64,000 bases of DNA, from the NCBI RefSeq assembly GCF_964204645.1, contig NC_134025.1, positions 7,874,001-7,938,000 of the forward strand, given 5' to 3'. The notes under the pieces are model-generated. The model saw only the letters and a program-made list of their open reading frames with translations. It searched no databases and was not told where the DNA came from. Below are positions 21,109 to 33,871 of this stretch, in pieces (position 1 is the stretch's first letter; each line of letters begins with the position of its first letter). The stretch is from Tubulanus polymorphus (lineage: Eukaryota > Animalia > Nemertea). Position numbers and translations under genes: made by a program.

Positions 21109-21490
21109 TATAAAAGCTCGCGTGTTTCTGCTGCCAGTACTTAGTTTCTTAACTTTTCAAGATTGATAAAATCCAGCCAGAAGGATACTAAAACACCAAC
21201 GAACCAATTTGTTCTTGGTTCATCTGCATAAGTTCTAATATTTTTTGGAAACTCATTTGTGAAAAGAGTGAAGTAAAGGCAAAACTCATTGTCGACTGGC
21301 GTTCTCCTCGCTCCCAGTTGCACTCGCACAGCTCACTGTTTATAGGGGATCATTCGATTCGAGGCGCTTTCCTGAATTGGATTGATACACGCATCGGACA
21401 CACACACACACACACACACGACGACCTAACTCTTATGTCAAACCACACGAGACATATCCGAACGATCTACTTCGCTTAATGCCAATCAAG
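21109..21490 (+). promoter_or_regulatory. Candidate TATA/Inr promoter and first exon (possibly of the ITPR-like gene)
   Basis: TATAAAAG at 21109-21116 in a GC-rich context, Inr-like CCAGT/TTAGTT at 21134-21146, and a strong donor AAG|GTAAGA at 21490/21491. The link to the ITPR-like gene is inference. Confidence 0.4.
21398..21419. repeat. (AC)11 microsatellite
   Basis: Read directly from the sequence. Confidence 0.9.
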
Positions 21491-24400
21491 GTAAGACGAG
21501 TCAAGTGTCGCGATCATTTCTTTCTTATTCGTTTCGTTAAAAATATTAGAGGAGATGATTAGAACTAGCCGCTTCCTTACCAATGATTATTTACTTAAAA
21601 ACTCTTTCGTCAGGGATTACCGACTAGATTATGTCATGTTTCATTGGACATTATCACGATAAGCGATCACCTAACTGGTTAAACTGGAAATGTATGATAG
21701 TTTTGAAATGAGAGAAATCATTTAGTTTTATAGTCTTGGCAATAATGCGCAGCTCGATCTGTAATTCAGCGAGTACTCTCAACACTTTTCGGTCGTTAAC
21801 CATTAATAAAACACTACATCCGTTTGTAATGATATCATAACGAGAACGGACTTTATTTTTTCGTTTTAATTGTGGGATTTTCGTCATACTTCTCGGTCGT
21901 TATTTCGTCGTATTAACTCTGGATACTAAATCACGACGTTGAAGAACGCGATGTAATTATATATACCTTGCCGTATGATCTCATTGGACCCATTTGTCTA
22001 GGACGTGATCGAGTCGTAATCGCTCGTACTAAGAAAAGGCTGACGTGGAACTTAAATCTTCTACTCACTGCATCACGATAAACATGCGTTCGCATGACCC
22101 TTTCTATAAAATAGCAATCGTCAGATGGACGCAGATCTTCGCAGCATATGAAGGTTGCAAGGTGTATATTATGTATACGCACAAAACATGTTGGAATAGT
22201 TATGAAAGAAAATTTAGATTTGCAATTTTTGATCGAGATCTCCTGAGGCAGAGGGTATAACGAAGGTATAACACCGTTGGCACAAATGTTGTTGTTTTAT
22301 GGAATAGTATAACACACTTAATCGAATTCGGTTATATCACATCCAATGAAGTTCATCTCGCGTTCCTTAGGGGAGCAAATTTGGTATCAGCAACGTGGCA
22401 TATAACGCTATACTGGTTTATGTTCATCGAGTTTCCGATACTAAATTCCATCAAAATCCAAAAAAAGTGATACTGCTTCGTATTCAAATTATGCTCGCAC
22501 GCGGAAGGCTCAACAAAAGGCGAGATTTGCCAACCATTTCGGGAACCTCTTTATTGGCAATTTTAGTGTGCTACCGCTTGAAATTCAGTTGACTTTTATG
22601 GTATCGTCTAATTGTACATCCATTATCTCGTCGTTTTGCCGACAAGAACAAGCCGTCTGCTAGTATTTTACGGCTGTTTTATCGCGCGAGACGAAAATAT
22701 TTGACAGGTATAAAGAGACAAATTTTCTCCACGGGAATCATATAATGCACGGTGGTAAGATTACTCGGAAAATTGCATCCGTATGCGTATTGCATTCTTC
22801 AATCTCTGACGAGATGAAACGATGTCGGTCTATATTTCACATGTTTTATATTGTGAAGCTAATAAAACTCGCGTGCGGATCATAACAATTTGTAACGTAT
22901 CGAATACCACGATATGTTTAACATTTACGAGCACATTGTTTTTTCAGGTTTGAAAACGAATGCTTTCAGTTTAAAAGCTTGTTGCTATTTCTGGTATTTC
23001 CCTACGTCAAATGTTACTTAGTGAATGGGTTATCATTTCCCCGTATTGAAATACGTCTGAACTACACACGCACCAACCTGCGCTGTTACCGATTCGAAAT
23101 AAAATTCTAAATCTCAATTCGTAACATTTTTCCGCACAAAACTACACGTTTATACATAATAGCGATTGAAAGCCCACTTCATAAAACGTCCCTCTTTATT
23201 TGAGGTGAAGAAAATCTACTAAAACCATCGAAATATGAAAACGGCGTGTTTTAATCTCACTTAAGCTGTCATCATCAGGTGTTTTCTCTCTCATTGTACA
23301 TAAAAATTCTAGTTTCGTGCACTGGCTTTGCACTCGTTGACCACGGGGTGATAAAGCAATCATGGACTCATTTAATAACTATTCAACTATACGCTAACCC
23401 GAAATGATGGCTAAATGGTTAGTTTGTTATGTTCCTCGTTTCCTCCCGAACGTTGATATTAATCCGTTGATCATTATCATATCCGACTTTTATCGGTAGA
23501 CTAACTGTATTCTCCGTTGCCCAGTGGGTTTAATCGTAGGATATCGTAGATGGATTAGCGAGGAAACTGCCATCTCACTGCTACTTCAACAGCAATGGTT
23601 TTCTTGGCCCCGAACACTCGTAATAAAATATCTACTTTTGCAAACATTGACGAAACCGAGGCCAAGAAAGACGACTCGAAGTCAGTAATCAGTAGTAATC
23701 TCTCAGAGTCTATAGAAACGAAGGCGTTTGGACCTAAGTACATCAAAAGGTTGCTAACTTTTTCGTGATGTTACAATCTGCTTTATCTAAAGAATATAAA
23801 TGGCACACTGTTATAGCAGTTATACTATGTATTCAGTGTGGTAACTTCTTTTTTTCATGTTTGAATTGTTTGATAACGTGTTATCGTGTGTTTGTTGCAA
23901 AATGATAAGCTACGAAACTACAACGCCCGAATTTGTATCGATAGTTCTGTGTTTTTACTGACATGAAACAATCAGATCGTTTTCCACGATCATTGCATCG
24001 TTAGGCTTAGAAGTCATAGAGCGAATGTGGTGTTTGCGTGATGAAGACAAATTGATAATGGTTAGGGTCTATTGGATGGCGTTGATGGGCTGAATTGAGT
24101 TGCATTCACGCACGGACCATGTCGTGATTGATGCCTCCCCTATCTAGATAAAACAAGCCGGTATCTGCCATGGTATATATCCGTTAGACGTTTTTGTTGC
24201 ATAGCATGCAGGGTCAATCAACTTAATCAGTTGGCTGGCCAGACGATCCTAGATTTCTCTCGACGTGAACATGAAAATAATTATTTCCCTGTCTATGTTA
24301 GAAAGAAGATGTGACTGTAGGAAATTATAACTCTTCACTAGAAATCTAAATCAACCGGAATATCTCTACAGCGTTTCATAATCAAAGGATAGATGCAGCG

Positions 24401-25767
24401 TGATATATTGGATGCAGAGGTCGGAAAATTACTTCTACCTATTAACTTCATGACGAAACCATAGGTGAAAGATGTTTAATTGAAATACCGATGTGAATTT
24501 TGTTCAATTTAACAAGTGCACCACAGTAAAAGGAGGAGAAGAAACAAACCATGACATCCAAGAATACCCCACATGTGTCTATTTTTGGAAATAGAAATCA
24601 TTTGAATCTTGCTGAATAAAACTTTGATTGAATTTAATCATCATTTTCGTCATCGGTCACGTACGAAGAAAGTGTGGACGAATTGTCCAACGAGTGATAC
24701 ATCTATAGACATCACTTTACAACCGCAAACCTCAGGGAAATCATACTTAGCATGTCATGTTCCGTAAATTATTCATCGCTTAGAATAATTACCGTGTTCT
24801 GAATCGTATCACTAAATTTAGTGACGGTCACAGATTTTTTCTTAAGCGGCTCCAGCCATCTTCATCGAAGAGGCCAATTATATGATTTATTGGCTTGCTC
24901 TCGCAAAGAAGCAATCAACAGTACCTTGCCAATAATCCCGATGTAAATCACGTTTTGCTCCGCGGTCCGTTCGATGCGATGATTCCCAAATCCCGAATCT
25001 GGGCGGAGAAACTAGGTACATATATGTAAAACTGCGGAGTAATGTCTTTGATATCTGCTTATGTATACGTGGATTACAGATCAGAAGGTCCATCAGTATG
25101 GCGCCAAACAATTGAGGAGAGACGAAAATTTATCCAAGCGTTGGAAACACGAATCAATCGATCGATTTTCTCCATCAATACACGGTATATAACGTTTAGT
25201 ATCTGAATTATCATTTTCGTCGGAGATAAATCGTAGAAGCGTTAGCTGGGGCAATAAGACGTTCATTTCATTTTTTGTTTTTATTTCATCCCATTAGAGG
25301 TGGTTAATTATCAAACCGAACTCGGCCGCTCGAGAGAAATGTTCTTATCGTAGCGGGTTTCAAGCTGAAATATTTCATCAATACTCTCCGTACATATACA
25401 GGTGGGAAAAATCATTCGTTTGTATTCATTTTCTGTGCATCGTTTTCTTCCCACGTATATAACGTTCAAATCGTGCTGGATGAAATACAGGTTTTGCTTA
25501 TATGATATATTCTACTAATCCCTTTGTTTGTATGATGTATTCGTAGTGGTTTTTTTAACTTCCGCGCCTATATACATCTGCTATGAATCGGATCTCAAAT
25601 CAACAAGATGGTTATTGATATTGAACGTTTCTTCAAAGCGATGATTGTGGAAACTACCGGTTATCAAAACTTTATCTGAGTATATCAGATCTGTCTCACA
25701 TAACAGGAAATGAAAAGGAAGAACCAGATATTGTGAACAGGCTATGCGCACTGATAGCCTACATTAA

Positions 25768-26114
25768 GCCATCCTCCCCGGCGGGTATTCGAACCTGATG
25801 GCATCGAGACTCGCCACGGTACGAAATCTTGCCTCACTAGCCCTAGTGCGCAGCTACATGCGTAGCTAAGATGATTTCATTATTAGCCAATCAGAAATCT
25901 TGTTTATATTTTAACCCGGGTTTTTCCATTTATAGTTTATCCGTGAAATTTGCCTCTGCGATTATATAACGGGCAATGTGATCGGTGCCGCAAGTTTTCT
26001 TGCAGCAAACCAACGCATGTACCTGTGCACATGGTCTTCTAGTACGGCAGGGTTTCGTGCCGTGGCTGATTCTAGCGATGCCATCAAGGTCGAATCCGTG
26101 CTGGGAAGGATGAC
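25768..26114. mobile_element. Inverted pair of tRNA-like/SINE-head sequences (about 95-100-bp arms)
   Basis: 25768-25863 is an imperfect reverse complement of 26013-26114. Each arm carries a B-box-like GGTTCGAATACC / GGTCGAATCC. Confidence 0.6.
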
Positions 26115-28259
26115 GATTTAGCATAAAGGTTACGTTTTTTATCTCAAAAGAAGGATTGTCCCGATTGGTGTCCCTGACAAACCCACCACACCTACTGGGA
26201 ACGAAACAGGGGGTTTGATTTTCGAAAATCGAAGTACAGATATAGTTGAGTGATCGGCGGTCTAATCTACAGAATTTTTATAGGGACATTAGTGGATATG
26301 CATCTTATCTTAGGACAAATACGGTAATTTTTGCACTGCGGCGTTGGTGCATCAGGGAGGGATCCAATATTGAACACTGAATTTCCATTGGCTAGAAAAA
26401 AGAAGAATGATTAAAACAATTAGAGAAATGTCAAAGCGAAGCCATCCATCAATTGTTAGTGGCTTTTATAATTCATCTTGCTGCAAGTCAGGTCAAATAG
26501 TTGCCGATTTGGATAGATTGGTCTCATTTCATTCATACCACGAAAGCAAGTTCGTTCTGCAAGATAAGTTGAATTGCTTTATGTGCCGCAGAAATATTTT
26601 TTCAAATGCTAGTAATTATTGTCTGGAACTTAGATGAGCAAGCGACTCATCGAGTTCCAAGTGACGTTGTAATTTCCGCCATTCGAATTCAAAAGAGTAA
26701 CAACGGAGATTTAGTTTTCCCATTTATGTGTCTAATGCAAATATTCATTGATTTCATAGTCGCAGTTGTATCGCTCATCAAACCGAGGCCACGATCTCAC
26801 ATTTAATCATTAATGTTTGAGTGCGTTAAAAATAGCGTTTACGCTATGCATAACTTATCTTCTTTTTAGCCTGATATAAATGAATAAAGACTTGTGGTAT
26901 TTTCCAAAAAAATGAAACATCTGCTATGATGAGCTTTTCATTGCATCTCCGCATACTTGGCAGGATGTTGGGCAACTCACCTTGCTCTGTGTAGTAACCC
27001 ACACTTTGCACCAACCAAGGATATTAGCAGCTATTAACGTATACTGGACTGTCCAGAAATTGGTTTAGTATGGCAATGATGTAGACATAAACATACATAA
27101 TTGCTTTGATGATGCCATCATGATTAGATAGCATCGAGGTGAGCTCATATCAAATAGCAAAAGTATTTAATAATGTAACCTCTAAACCATTCGAGTTGCT
27201 CACGTGATTTCTGCATTCATTATCAGTCAATAAAATTCGTGGACATTTTCCTTTCCTTAATTTCGAAAGATATTTTTTGCGTGGGACGCAACGTCTTATC
27301 ATTTCATCTCTGCTTAGCTTATCGTGATTTTCAACATAAAATCAAGATCAAGCGCAATTTTCAATGGATCACGAACCCGTGGCTCCTAAATTAATTAATA
27401 AGATGGAGAATACTAGCTGTTTACCGCCCCTCCTGCGAAAGCAATTGGTTTTCCCGTTTAAGGGCTCCCACGACGAAGCACTGAGTGTAATTACGTTTTC
27501 GGAAAGCTTGATTAATACCGACTTCTTTGAGAAAATATTGACGAAAAAGCTTTCTGACTCAAACCAAACGCCTCGCACTCCCTTGAACCTCGACGACACG
27601 CGATCATTTTAAGCTGTTTGGGCGACTGACGATGGATACGGAATAGAAAATCTGTCCTAAATTCCTTCTTCGTGGCGTCTAGACAAGTGTAATTTACTGG
27701 GCCATTAGACACGATCTCTCAGAAACGAACGTAGGCGCGAATTATTAACTATTATTAAGATTTTATGTAAATACTTATTTTTGTTTCATCAGTGATTCTT
27801 TGGAGAAAGCTTCCTTCGATTTTAGAGTGAGAAATGACAAGATCGTGCCAGTAACAGCTGAGTAGGTGATAATCGTTCGAGACCATGTAAGCGCGACATT
27901 TTAATTCGTGTTCCTTGTTCTGTGCGCATCTCTCAATAAGATAAGACACGGAATTCTGCAATTGACACTTACTGAACATTCAGCTGTTGTATAGATAACG
28001 AGGAACCTCCAACCCCACAGTGGCAATCGAGGATTCCACCATGGCAAGCAAGGATCCACCAGCTCGCAAGCCACTCGGTCTTTTGCCTTCAATTTCTTCT
28101 ACATTTACATGTCAGTTAGAATCGAATGAACCTCGTTTTTAAAAAAATCGATTATTTATGAAAAATATACCAATCAATAAGTAGAAAAATGAATTATCAT
28201 TAATAAACGTCATTGATAATGAACCAATTTTGACAACTTAGAATTGAGTGCACGTGATC

Positions 28260-28565
28260 TGGAGTGAAGCCTGGTGTTGCAGCATCCGATTGCATCATAG
28301 GTTGCAAAGGCTCTATTTTCAAGGTTCGAACCCAAATGGTGGTCATTGTCTCGTCTTTCCCCAAATCTTTGATCCAATTACTTCGCCAAAATGCATCGAT
28401 TATATAGGTGAACTGAAATGTAGAATAAATATCTCCTTCTTATGCCATGTGGGTCGTCTAGGAGAGAATACTCTCTGTTGTGTCTTGTCGTTATGGATGA
28501 AACTCGTATTTCCAAGGAATTTTACCATCGATCTTTATGGATGTTAAGACACTAGAAAACCTTTT
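28260..28565 (+). mobile_element. Possible degenerate tRNA-derived SINE
   Basis: B-box GGTTCGAACCC at about 28323 with an upstream TGGTGTTGCAG A-box-like sequence. No cloverleaf could be built; boundaries are uncertain. Confidence 0.3.
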
Positions 28566-30942
28566 AGTCTGCTTACTTGCTAGAATCATGGATGATACGT
28601 GACTGATACGAGATGATGACCTGTGCACTCATTTATTCAAGGCAATCTATCCTGTAAGTTCAAACAAATATCACAATTAGTGTGAAGGCTATACTAGAAT
28701 GCTGAGATAATCAACTAAAACTTCTAAAAGGTGTTTCCGAGAAAAAATTCAATTGGAGTATTTTTGTCCAGATAGCTTTTCCATTTCATTCAACTCATTC
28801 ATTTATTTGAAGTCATAGAAAAATACACCACTCGGACGTCTACTCAGTGGCTATGATAAATTTCATCAGTGATCAGGTCTGTTGACGCTTTTCCTCGACC
28901 TGTCAACTCGCTGCGGCTATTTTTCATCGAAATCAATTTTCGTTCTCAAAGAGTTCTATAATCCGTATCTCGAGGGATGTTTACATACGTACATACATCA
29001 TTCGAACTTGACACGTCGTGCATTTCCTTCTACACCGGAAAACTTCATCACACCGCTAACCAGTGATCAAAAATGGACTTATATCTCTCTTCCTATTGCC
29101 AGGTTTCTTCGTTCGACATCGCTACTAAACGTGTATGATGATGGATGGCTGTTCGTATCGCGTTTAGAATTTCATTTAGTAATGATCAATGCAAATCGAA
29201 TTTGTTTTGTTGCATTTCGTTTTGGTGCGCGAGTTAAAGCGTGTCGTTGTTCGTTGTTGTTGCAGTAAACATGGTCGGGCATTGTGAAATATTTCGTGGT
29301 AGTGACCACGATATGGCGAGTTCACACTTTATTTGATATGTGAGGACTGGTGTCCCCCATCAACTTCACACATTTGCTCATGCGGTTGAGGATTCCATCA
29401 TTATCATCGTTGGAAATTGGCCAACGTTCCCTTGCGGGCAATTACCTTGTCACTAACGGCAATTTACAATATTGCTGTCCCACTCGAGTCTACTTACTGT
29501 TTATTGCTGTTCTACACACTACAATGGCATTCCGTAAGTGGTGGTGGTTGGGGCTGACTTTAAGGCGATCGATAAGAAACCGAAACATCGATCAACTAAC
29601 GTAATCGACAACATCAATAAATAAGATGCTAAGAAAAAATTTGATTTATCCATCCCGCTCTGAGTTATACTTTCTACAGCAAACGATCCTTTGGCCAAGA
29701 ATACACAATCATATTTTCTTCTGGCCTCTTCTATTCCAAACTTTGAGCATCATCTGTCCGAAACTAATGGCTCATTTGTGTGTTTTCAAGAAAAATGCTC
29801 GGAGACATTTTTGAAGTTTTTATGATATAATATGCAACCAAACGACCCCGCTTCCGTCGATTCGGAAGTTGCAACCGCTTTGAATCAATATTTGCTTTGC
29901 TATTTGTCGAATGCTATATCAATCCCTTGTCACCAATGAGCACTCTTAAAATAACGGATAAGACCATTTACAGCATTTAATTAAATTGTCTCCAAGTAAA
30001 GTGACAGCATTTATATTTGATGAAACGTTTTTGCAATTCAATCTCCGTTACTTTTCTTTGTGACGTCAATAGTGCGCAAACTCCGGCGTGTTGTTTCTCA
30101 CAAAAAAGACATTCCTTTTCTACAGTCTATGTTTCTATGCACATAATGCATTCAAAAAACCGTGGTTCGATGATATTGTGCTGGCAATTCATCAAGTTTC
30201 AAAGATGATTAGATTAACTATGATTTTTCATACATGGAAATTCATATAGTACATTTGATAACGCATGCATTCGTTTTCATAACGTGTGCCTTTCACGTGG
30301 AGCTGATTTGTCATTTCCGACGCCTCAGCCACGTATATACGAGAAATATATTTCCTATCATGCAACTTGTAGAGACGTATCATCATGATAAATCATACTA
30401 AAGGAAGACGCATAGATTATGCCATTCGAAATTAAAGCACATTGTCCCGGGACTGATGTCGAACTCGGTTGATGGATTAACGTATGTCATTTGCTTTTAA
30501 CTCCATTAGTACATACTTAATATCTTAGCCACGGAAAATGTCTAATCGCATTAAAGGACGCGGCCAAATTCCCCCGAGTACGTGAAACATTAAAACAATG
30601 CTGGAATGATAACAAATGAAAATTAATACACTAGGCATTATGATATTTGTGCCGTGACTCACAAACTAAATCTATTGCTCTAATTTTATGTATATATCTG
30701 CATATATATTCAACTGTTAAATCTCTTGCCAGCCTGGATAACAAATATAATCTGCTCAATATATATAAATGTATAATAAGTGAATTTAAATCCATGATAT
30801 GGGATTATGGATATTGAATAACACGTACAATATATGTATATATGTGTACGATTGAATGTTTATTCGTTTCAACCAGCACGATAGCCATTACGTACAATCA
30901 CCTCACAACACAATCAATGCAGTTACTTAATATCTAACAAAT

Positions 30943-31110
30943 AAAAACCCACGGTAGATTGTAGAGACAGTTTATTTCCTAACAGTTCCGAGGTTCAATC
31001 TAAAAAGCTCATCTTCAGAAGAACAAAAATACCGTATTTTTGTTTTTCCGAAGATGAGGACTAGTTGTAACCTCGAAATAAACTGTTTCTACAATCTACT
31101 GTGGGTTTTT
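30943..31110. mobile_element. Palindromic foldback element / MITE (168 bp)
   Basis: AAAAACCCACGGTAGATTGTAGAGACAGTTTATTTC ... GAAATAAACTGTTTCTACAATCTACTGTGGGTTTTT. An inner stem CTCATCTTC..ACAAAAATAC/GTATTTTTGT..GAAGATGAG also pairs. Confidence 0.8.
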
Positions 31111-33808
31111 GAACTGAGATTTATATCAGTTCACTACAGTCTACTTAATGTTTGTTTTTAATGACCGTGTAATTTTTTTCTTGTGGGTTGTAGTATTTCC
31201 CGAAAGTTATGCATATAATTGCAGCGGCTCGTTTGCTACTTGGCGAATTGGTACTCCATATAACGGCCTATTCATCGGCTTTTCTTCGAGATTGGCCGCT
31301 TTTCCACAATAGCGATTGCCGCCTTCTTGGAGCAGAACGACTGTGAAAAAAAAAACAATTTCAGTCCCAATCAATGGTAGTACCAGTCTGTCTCCTAATG
31401 AACACTTTTCGTTACCCCTTAAGTATTCGAAATCAATAGGAACAATGTGCGGACCCCTCGATGCCCAGCTACCGACATTTTCCCTCTCACTCAAAAAGCG
31501 ATGTTTTCCTGATTCCTCGTATCTATTTCCTTGTGGTGAAAAGATTCATATCGGGTTTCTGCCATCTATCTTGCCTGTTGGACTTCATTCCGTGTAACGT
31601 AATATCGTCTTGCGCAAATGGATATAATGCGTATTTGCTTGAATTTCGCAGTCGGCGATAAAAATACGCACAAAAGATCTTTCCTACTCGAAAGACCGCT
31701 TTCGCGAAAAGATCACAGACGTTTGCCCTCACTAACCTCCACTGGATCGCGTTTTCCGTCGGTGAATATTGTTTTAATCAGCAAAAAGGATCTGACTGTA
31801 TAAACTCGGTTCGCAATTAAGTAATTGACTTTTATTTGAAAATTGCCCGCTCTTGTTTGAAGTGAAGACTTCATGAGTTGCTGAACATGCAAGGCTAAAT
31901 TATGGATGTCTCATCTGGGCCCACGGCGTTTAGAATAAATTATCATTTTGTCGGGTTTTCGCAATTAAAAGTTTGCACACGTGAAGGGCTTACCTTGGGA
32001 AATAAACGGAAAATAGACGGCTGGGTTCTTTTTTGTGTTTGTATGTCCAAAGAGATTTATAACATTATTGTGAGAAATATATATCCATAATTCTGATTCA
32101 CGAATGGAATTTAACCTTCACCTGGACATGACCTCTAGAGAAGCTCGTAACATAATGTTCTCCGTTTTTAGATTTTGAATTAATGAATTTTGCTTACTTT
32201 TAAATTTGTACATTAGTGGTATTTAATCATATAACATTCATATATAAAAATCTTGCTTGGAATTCTGTTCAATGCAAGGAAGGGAAATGTGTGTTTGGGA
32301 TTAATTATCAGCCTATATTCCAGAATAAACATAATTACATGCAAATGTGAGAGGAATTTTAATCAAACAATTTCAACATAAACTCCAACAACACAACACA
32401 CGTGTATAAAATGTATCAATATCAAGGTAATCGCAGTCGTCAAGTAAAGTAGATGTAGAGGCTCCTTTTCAGAATTTTTTTCAGATGCAATTTCAACATG
32501 AGGAAATGTACACATTTCTAAGAGCAATGAGAGATATAACCGGAAAAATATATATTGAAGCGATATTTCTTTAGGCAAGTTAGATAAATAATTATCATCT
32601 CGTTTTCTAAACCTTTGCATGCCAAGACTTCGCGTTACTTTGCATAATAATATTATGAATAGCAGTCCTATATATCATGGCAAGTGGTAGATGACCCTTT
32701 ATTCCATTAATATAATTTACAAATTTTCAAGCAGAATTGAAGACTGGAAAGGATAAAAAACGAGATGATGAACAATCGATAACCATTCATACATTAATCA
32801 AACTTGAGATAGTGCGCGTAGACATTTCCGGGCTCAGAAATGTTCGGATTTAAATGGAATTTTCATCAATTTTTCGTAACATTATTCCTTTAAAAACGCT
32901 TTCATATATAACAATACATCTGATGTGTATGTCGCTGTTGTCAACGATCTGATAACGATCACTTGAAAATTGGATTTTCAGTCAGCGGTCGTGCCCAGTC
33001 ATCACCTGCGTGCATAATGCAATTCATTATTGTACACAAGATGCGTAGTTGAATTGAACTAACCTGGTCTATTTCGGAGGTATCGACAACAAATTACAAG
33101 TGATTAGCATCCTAGAACGAAGTTGCAATTGAGTGGAGTATCACAATTACTATACGTTAGGTAAACAAGTCAGGATCGAAATCGGAAATTAACAATAGTT
33201 ATAACTTTTAATGTTCGCATGTTCCATCCCCTGATGGTTGATAGGCCGCGTGCAGTCGGTAGATTGCGTTGATGTTGTGATCAGAGACTAATGAACCAAG
33301 AGAAGCAGCAACGGCCGTCAGCTGTATACGTTCCGCTTCCCTGAAGTAATAGCGCTGTTGTTAAAACACAAAATAGCTATAACGCTGATATCAAAGCGGA
33401 CATATTGAAGCGCTGCACTCCGGGGCTGCACTGTACACGGAACAAGAAAAAATGATGATCGGGGACATTTTTTGCACCGTTTATGACGTGAGTGGAACGA
33501 GCAGAATTACCTTTTGCTCTATTCTCCTTTTCGTGAATTGCAATCTACCGTTCGTAAAAGTAGTTGAAATATCAACGACGAAAATGCATCTCATTTCATA
33601 AGAAAATCTGAGGTTAATGATCTTTTAGCGCTCATATGTTGAGAGTTGTTGATATTGTTATATCAATCGTTCAGTTTATGTATGTTTCATTTTGCTTTCA
33701 TAAGATGAAACGTGTGTATGTAAGAATATTTTTACGTAGTTCTTCGATCGACACATCATTTTGACGTCAGCTGCTGTCATATTTCTTGTTAATTTTTACT
33801 TATTTCAG

Positions 33809-33871
33809 ACATTCCAGTGATGAATAGACCCTAAAGAACTTTGAAGATTAACTTACATAGTTAATGGGAAG
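33809..33871 (+). other. Candidate non-coding 5'UTR exon of the ITPR-like gene
   Basis: Long pyrimidine tract with TTTCAG acceptor and AAG|GTAGGT donor. Stop codons are present in the phase-0 frame. Confidence 0.3.
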
